64,000 nucleotides of DNA from assembly GCF_009914755.1 (NCBI RefSeq), contig NC_060932.1; one strand, 5' to 3'. This DNA comes from the human T2T-CHM13v2.0 reference genome, Homo sapiens. Both the position numbers and the translations under genes were made by a program. The notes below the pieces were generated by a model. That model ran no database searches. It was not told the origin of the DNA and saw only the letters and a program-made list of their open reading frames with translations. This document shows, piece by piece, positions 56,700-64,000 of this stretch; the first letter of the stretch is position 1; each line of letters starts with the position of its first letter.

Positions 56700-57166
56700 A
56701 CTGGAATATTATTCAGCCTTAAAAATGGAGATCTTGCCATTTGCAACAAGGATCAACCTAAAGGATAGCATGCTAAATGAAATAAGCCAGTTTCAGATAG
56801 AAAAATATTGCATGATGGTATTTATATGTAGAATCTAGAAAAGAAATGAAAACATAGAAACAGAGTAGAGAGGTGGTTACCAGGGTGTGGGGATTGGGAA
56901 CAAATGGGGAAATATCCATTAAAGAATAAAAAGTTGCAGTTACACAGGATAAGTAAGTTTAGAGATCAAATTAAAGCATGAGGACTATAGTTAATAATGT
57001 ATTACATACTGAAAATGTGCTAAGATAGATTTTTGGTACTCTTACCACAAAAAAGTAACTGTATGAGATGATGAATATGTTAATTTACTTGATTATAGTA
57101 ATCACTTCTGAATTATATGTATATCAAAACATAAAGTTGTACACCTTAAATATATACAATAAAAAA
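56700..57166 (+). mobile_element. L1MA (MA8-10-like) 3' UTR fragment
   Basis: 'gagatcttgccatttgcaacaag...gctaaatgaaataagccag...gttgtacaccttaaatatatacaataaaaaa'. Confidence 0.85.
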
Positions 57167-59037
57167 GATTTAGAAAACCCAACTCATGCTCTCTTCCTCT
57201 GTATATATTCATATTTTTTCATTATATGTGGCACTTTCTATATTCTCAATCAAGTTTATTTTCTGACCACTGGCTGAGCCAGCCATCACAGTGTGATCTT
57301 TCCTCTCTTTCATTCACTACCATCCATATCACCAAGTCGACCTCTCCAGTCTTCTTAGTCCGTATTTTCTCTCCATCTTCTACATCTCTACTTTAGTAAA
57401 GAGTTGTGTTATCACATTTCTATGTCACTGTAGGATCCGCTTGGGAGCTGGATCTCTACTCAGGCCCATTTTCTGCTATTCTCCTCATTGAAAAAAGAAC
57501 AATGTTTCTACAACTCAAATCTGTCAATAGCCTTTAGAGAAAGTGCAATTACTTAGAGCTGCATACAAGGTTCTCTAAATCCCTGGTGATTTTTTTCATT
57601 ATTTTCTTTGTCACATCCTCTAGTCACATCCAGCAGCTGCCAGCTGACCAGCAGCCAGCTCAGGGTAAAATCCTGCCAGGTCTGTAGAGTTGGTTCTACA
57701 GTTTAAAGTGCTAATTACACATTACACATCACTGCTGTGCTAGTAGCTAACCAAATAAATTTGCATTGCTGACCAGTTTCCATCAGAAAAATCTAGAAAA
57801 AGAAGATCAAATTAAATAGAAGTAGAAATAAGGAAAAATAAAATATATAAAAGTGAGTCAATGAAATAAATCATTGGCAAACAGAGAAAACCAATGAAAT
57901 CAAAAGTTAGTTATTTGGAAAGATTAATAAATTCGATAAGCTTCTAACAAAACTGATTAAAAGAAATTGAGTTACACATATGACCCATATCAATAATGAA
58001 AAAGGGGATATTACCTTAGCTCCCAGGACATTAAAATTGTAGGAAGAAAATATTATAAATACAACAGTAAATATAACAACTTGGTCAAATGAATTTCTTG
58101 AAAGACAAAAATTAACAAAAATGACCAAAAGATATAAAAATCTGAAAAGTGCAGGTCATAACCTCATGACCTCTTATAAACATCAATAAAAACACTCAAA
58201 AATAACCTAAGAAATTGATGCCCACAATATATAAAATAATGTATTATGAACAAGCATGCTTTATCCTGAAAATAGAAGACTAGTTCAACATCTAAAAAAT
58301 AAATTAATAAAACTCACCTTATCAACAGATTAAATAAGAAAAAAGTGCAATCGTTCAAAAAGAATTCTTTGGAAAAGAAATCATCATTCCTGATTTTTAA
58401 AAAAATCTCTCAAAGTAAAAGTACAAATAAGCTTTCTTAACTTAATAAAGATATAGCAAAAAAAACTAGAATCAACATCATACTTAAAGACAAAAGACTG
58501 AATCCCTCTAACCTACAAACAAGGTAACTCATGACTCTTATTCAGAATTATTTTAGAGGTTATAGCCAGTACAATGAAGCAGAAAAGAAATAGGGAAAAA
58601 TGGGGCCTAGAGATTGGAAAGAAAGAAAACTGTCTCTTCTCATACATAACATGATTGCCCATAGAGAAAATCTCAAAGAATCTGAAAAATAACTCCCCAA
58701 AACTAATAAATGTGTTTGGCAAGGTTGCAAAATGCCAGATCAATATACAATAAATTTTTGTATCCTAGGAATCAAGCAAATGGAAATTGAAATAAAGCAA
58801 TGTCATTTACAGTAGAACCAAAATACATTAAACACTTACATCCAGTTATTTGAAAATACCACAAGATCTGCGTGCTGAAAACTACAAAATCATGGTTAAG
58901 AAAAATCAAAGAAGACCTGAATTAATGAGGAGATATACTACATTCAGTAATTAGAAGAACCAATTTTGATAAGATGTCAATTCTCTTTAATTGACACGCT
59001 CAACGTTAATTTTTGGTAGAAATCAACAAGCTGGTTC

Positions 59038-59589
59038 TGTAACCAAACCCAGCTTTTGCTGCTCATTGCTTGAAAGCCAGACATGAGAGAAAGTTTGGTG
59101 GAAGGAAAAGCAGAAAAGCAGGTTTAAGTGGAGAGCCAGCAAACCAAGAAGATGGTGAACTAATTTTCTAAAATACCATCTTAAATTTTTTAATTTACCA
59201 TAAAGTTTTTAAAAGGGAAACTTGGTATGGGAGGCATGTGGGAATGGTGCAGGGTACAGGGTCTGTGTGTCTGTTTTAATAGCTATTTTGGGTAATTATT
59301 CATACAGAGGTCTAATTAACGTTATGTTGACTTCAGCCCAATGGTGGTAGATTAATTGTTCATGACTTTTCCTAAGTGAGAAGATTCTGTAAGGGCTCTG
59401 TGCCTGGTTTGTTTCAAGATTAGCCTCTGGAATTTCTTAAGCAAAAACATAATTAGATAAGCATGTGTTTATCTAATTAGGCAGGGGAGTGTCTAGAGAA
59501 GGAAGGAATAATGGGTTAGAGAAGAGGGAAGTAAGAAAAAGAAAGTGGGTGATTAAAATATGTTTTTAAAGTTGAGGTCCCCGGTTACA
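59038..59589. mobile_element. ERV1-class solo LTR, 552 bp (family not determined)
   Basis: Terminal inverted repeat TGTAACC...GGTTACA and 4-bp TSD GTTC (59034-59037 / 59590-59593); it cleanly interrupts the L1 text 'aagctggttc|taaag'. Confidence 0.85.
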
Positions 59590-59636
59590 GTTCTAAAGTA
59601 TATATGGAAAGAAAAGAAAATAGAATAGCCAAAACA

Positions 59637-59931
59637 GGCTGAGTGTGTTGGCTCATGCCTGTAATCCCAGCACTTTGGGAGGCCGAGATGGGTGGATCAC
59701 CTGAGGTCAGGAAATCAAGAGCAGCCTGGCCAACATGGCGAAACCCTGTCTCTACCAAAAATATAAAAATTAGCCGGGCATAGTGACAGGCACCTGTAAT
59801 CTCAACTAGTCGGGAGACTGAGGCAGGCGAATCGCTTGAACCGAGGAGGCAGAGGTTGCAGTGAGCCTAGGTTGTGCCACTGCACTCCAGCTTGGGCGAC
59901 AGAGTGATACTCTGTCTCAAAAAAAAAAAAA
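59637..59931 (+). mobile_element. AluS (Sx-like)
   Basis: Full dimer; perfect 15-bp TSD agaatagccaaaaca (59622-59636 / 59932-59946). Confidence 0.96.
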
Positions 59932-61512
59932 AGAATAGCCAAAACAATTTTGACATAGAACAATGTTAAAGAACTCAGCTTAAATGTTTTTTTGATTTAC
60001 TATAAATCTGCAGTAATCAAGAGAGTGTAGTATTGGAGAAAGGATAAACATATAAATAAAAAATTGAAATATAAAATATGGAAACTCACAAGTATACAGT
60101 CAACTGATTTTCAAGAAAGATGCAAAAGCAATTTAATAAAATAGCCTTTTCAACAAGTAGTGTTGGAATAATTAGATATCTATATGAAAAATAATGATCA
60201 TAATCTATACCTTGCAACCTCTAAAAAAAAGTAACTCAAAATTATAATAAACTTAATTGTAAAACCTAAAACAATAAAAAATCCTGGAAGAAAACCTAAG
60301 AGAAAATCTGTGTGACATTAGATTACACAAAGACTCTTTAGACATAACATAAATAACATGGTCCATTAATAACAACAACAGAAACAATGAAATCAGTAAA
60401 ATTTGGTTTCATTAAAATGTAGAACATCTATTTTTTGAAAGACATTTAAGAAAATAAAAAGATAACTCACAGATAGGGAGAAAATATTTATACATTATAT
60501 TTATGATAAAGGACTTGTGTCCAAAATACATAAAGACCTCTCAAGATTCAAGAAAAGATAGAATTAAAAATAGTTAAAACAGTTTGGACACAAACTTTGC
60601 CAAAGGAAATATACAGATGCAAATAAGCACACAAAAAGATATTCAGCATAATTTGCATTATGGAAATGCAAATTAAAATCACAACAAGATATACCTATTG
60701 AAATGCCTAAAGTATATAAAAGCAGGTAATGTCAAGTGCTGCTGAGGATATGGAGATACTGGAATTCTCATAAACTACTGGTAAGAATGCAAAATGGCAC
60801 AGCCACTTTGATAAACTATCTGGTAGTTTCTTACGTAGAGAAATATAAGCGACTCAGCAATCTCAGTCCTAGATTTTTACCCAAGTGAAATAAAAACATT
60901 CTCACAAAACATGCACATAAAACTTCGTAGTAATAGAATGCGTGATTGCCTCAAACTGGAGACAAACTAAATGTCTCTCAACTGAAGAATAGGTAAACAA
61001 AGTGTAGTATATCCATACAATGGAATAATGCCAAGCAATAAAAGAAAAAAAAGCAATACATGCAACAACATGGATGCATCTCAAATGCTTTATGTTAAGT
61101 GACAGAAGCAAGATTCAAAAGACTACATACTGCATAATTCCATTTACATGACTTTTGGAGAAGGCAAGATTACAGGACTGGTGACTGGATCCACAGTAGC
61201 CAGGAGTTAAGGGTTGGAAAGGGGTGACTAGTCAGTAGTACAGGGCAATTTAGGGGGTAAAGGAACTGTTCAATATCTCAACTGTGGTGTTGGTTACATG
61301 TCTGTATATGTTTGCCAAAACTTGAAGAACTATACACTATAAAAGTGAATTTTACTAAATGTAAATTATTTGCTATTATTCAATATTATTTTTTAAATGC
61401 AATTAAAATAAAGATTCTAAAGAAAATAAATGAAATCCTGATAACCTTTTATCTAGTAAAGGGAGCAAATTTGCAAGTAAATACTTTCCTACCAAGAAAA
61501 TTACGAGCCCAG

Positions 61513-61948
61513 TGTCTTAGTCCTGTAGTCCTATAACAGAATACATAAAACAGTATGCTTTTTCAAGAAAAGAGGCTTATTTACTCACGGTTCTGCAGAC
61601 TGGGAAGTTCAAGGGCATGTACTTGGCTTCTGGCAAGGGCTTTTGTCCTGCATTACAACATGGCAAAGAAGGTCAAAGGTAAATCAGACATGTGTGAGGA
61701 GGGTCAAACAAGAGGAAGAAACTTGCTGTATAATAACCTGCTGTCTTGGGAACTCACCTATTCCCAGAGGACTAATTCAGTCTTGGGAGAGCAATAATTC
61801 ACTACCCCAAGGATAGCACCAAGCCATTTATGAGGGATCCACTCTCATGACCCAGACACCTCCCATTTGCCCCACTTCTAAACACCCCCACACTGAGGAT
61901 CAAATTTAATTTTAGTGGACACAAACAAAGCATATCCAAACCACAGCA
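61513..61948 (-). mobile_element. MST-family (MSTC/B-like) MaLR solo LTR
   Basis: TG...CA ends; 5-bp TSD CCCAG (61508-61512 / 61949-61953); 'caagccatttatgagggatccactctcatgacccagacacctccca'. Confidence 0.88.
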
Positions 61949-62723
61949 CCCAGCTAGCTTTACTGGCGAGTTCTAACAATTTAAGGAAGAAATTATAACT
62001 TTCTTATGCATTTTTTAAAAATTAAAAATATCCAAACCTCCCTTTGTTTTCTGCATTTATCGTCTTTTTTCTAACTATTTGCATAAGATCCAAAATGTGC
62101 AAATAAGCCTTTGTTCTCTCTGAACACTATAAAACAAGGTTACTTTAGCTTACACCATGTGCATTTCTTTTGTTTTAAGGAAAAGAAATCTGTATCTTAT
62201 ACAACTCCAGGGTCCCTCAGTACTAAGTTTTCCTTTCCAATTAATAGCATGCCACAAGATGTTTGACTACTTTGCAGCTGATTTTGCATTCACTTACCTC
62301 TAGCCAATTGTTTTAATAATGATGCATCCTGAGTAGTGTCTTTCTCCATTTAGGCCTAAAGATCTCTCTGAGGACATTCCCTAAATTCACAGCCCCATGT
62401 ATCCATTCTGAAATAAAAATGCCTTCTCTTTCTCCAGCACTTCCCACTCCCTGCTGATGCTGAATGGCTTTTCATGGAAGCACTTAACAGTGGTTGTAGA
62501 AGGACTGCCATTTTTTTCTACATGGGTGAGTGCTCTATTCATCAACATTCTATTGACCATCACATTATCAAGAAGGCCCTAGGGTATCATTACAATTTGT
62601 AGTCTCTATCCTCAAATGTCTATCCCTAAACTGTCTCAATTCTATTTAAATGGCTATATTTCTATCATAATTTGCAAAACAAACTCCTATGTCTAGGTAA
62701 CCCAGCGTGATAGGACCCTGACG

Positions 62724-63221
62724 TGCTGTGGCTGAATAATGCCCCCTTCCCCCTGAAAAGATATCCATATCCTAATCTCTGGAACTCATAAATTTTATGT
62801 TATATGGTAAAATGTACTTTGAAGATGGGATTAAATTAAGGATCTTGAGGAGGGCAGATTATCCTGGATTAGCCAGGTGAGCCCAAGGCCTTACAAGGGT
62901 CCTTAAAAGAGGGAGGAAGGAGGAGTCAGTCAGAGGAGGAGGAGATGTAACAATGGACACAGAGATTGGAGAGATACACTTAGAAATGGAAGAAGGAGCC
63001 ACAAGCCGAGGAACACAGGCATCCACTAGAAGCACAGAAAGGCAAAGAAACAGATCCTCCCCTCAGGGCCTCTAGGAAGAATCAGCCATCTTGACAACCT
63101 GACCCTAGATCCATGAATCTGATCTCTGACATCAGATCTTGAAACAGTACACATTTATTCTACAGTTTAAAGTCAATAAATGGGTGATAATTTGCTACAA
63201 CAGCAAAAGGAAACTAATATA
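62724..63221 (+). mobile_element. MLT1C/D-like MaLR solo LTR
   Basis: 'ctgaataatgccccc...aagatatccatatcctaatctctggaac...gattaaattaaggatcttgag...tttgctacaacagcaaaaggaaactaata'. Confidence 0.85.
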
Positions 63222-63382
63222 TGAAAATTTGCTGTTTCATTGTCTAAACTAACAGAAGCAGGCTCTGAAGGAATAGAATATCCATATATTCCCTTGTAGT
63301 CACATCTCATGGTTATAATTGCTTTGTAAATTTCTTTGTTTTTACATCATATGGACAATTTCATGGCACCTTTTAATTGTTC

Positions 63383-63384
<2 letters not shown>

Positions 63385-63420
<36 letters not shown>

Positions 63421-63472
63421 CATACATACTATATATACATAAAATATATATAATTATTATATAATTAATTAT
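63385..63472. repeat. (TG)16 followed by a TA-rich tract
   Basis: TG run 63385-63416, seen directly. Confidence 0.95.
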
Positions 63473-63649
63473 ATCCAGACAGCTACCTTCAGGTACTCCA
63501 TCCCCATCCAGCTTGGGACTTGGGACAATGCTATTGTCACTAGCACTGACTTTTTTGTAGTGATTCTGCAAGTGACCACTGTCATCAGCCACTGGTTGCC
63601 CATTTCTCATCCAAGTTTTTGGGATTACTCTGTTTTTAATCTTGCCTTG

Positions 63650-64000
63650 TGATATTGTTTTGCTGTGTCCCCACATGAATCTCATATTGAATTGTAACCC
63701 CCACAACTCCCACACGTCATCAGGGAACCCAGTGAGAGGTAACTGAATTATGGGGGCAGGTCTTTCCCGTGCTGTTCTCATGATAGTGAATAAGTCTCAC
63801 AAGATCTGATGATTTTAAAAAATAGGACTTTACCTGTTTTTTTTTTTTCTTTTTCCTGCTGCTATTCATGTAAGATGTGATTTGCTCCTCCTTGCCTTCT
63901 GCCATGGTTGTGAGGCCTCCCCAGCCATGTGGAACTGTAAGTTCATTAAACCTCTTTCTTTTGTAAATTGCCCAGTCTTGGGTATGTCTTTAACAGCAGC
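63650..64000 (+). mobile_element. THE1 (B/C-like) MaLR LTR running off the window end
   Basis: 'tgatattgttttgctgtgtccccac...ggggcaggtctttcccgtgctgttctcatgatagtgaataagtctcacaagatctgatg...tgtgaggcctccccagccatgtggaactgtaag'. Confidence 0.92.

Larger units (their letters stand above)
57790..61375 (+). mobile_element. Old L1M (L1ME/MD-like) ORF2 and 3' UTR hosting an LTR and an Alu
   Basis: Colinear degraded ORF2 text ('gctgaaaactacaaaatcatgg...aaatcaaagaagacc', 'ggaaatgcaaattaaaatcacaac') and 3' UTR 'aaagtgaattttactaaatgtaaattat'. Confidence 0.8.

Overview
This window reads as primate (human-like) non-coding genomic DNA: AT-rich, CpG-depleted and largely made of interspersed repeats (Alu, L1, L2, MIR, MaLR/ERVL/ERV1 LTRs, MER20). 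I see no credible host protein-coding gene, RNA gene or CRISPR array. The longer ORFs are L1 ORF2 remnants or Alu/LTR/low-complexity read-through, and I cannot identify the locus. I found no convincing new biological system. The most notable structures are: a twin-primed (5'-inverted) L1PA2-like insertion with TSD (46.9-48.7 kb); a probable LTR-internal-LTR remnant of an ancient MLT1 MaLR (18.5-20.8 kb); a 41-bp tandem duplication that copies a whole 3' splice-site-like signal (9.4 kb); a 57-nt MIR-derived candidate cassette exon (15.7 kb); a MER57-like LTR whose CCAAT and TATA boxes are split by an Alu; several short fold-back palindromes; and small candidate regulatory clusters. Repeat family and subfamily names come from recognising consensus sequence by eye and need RepeatMasker/Dfam confirmation. 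Boundaries without a stated TSD are approximate.
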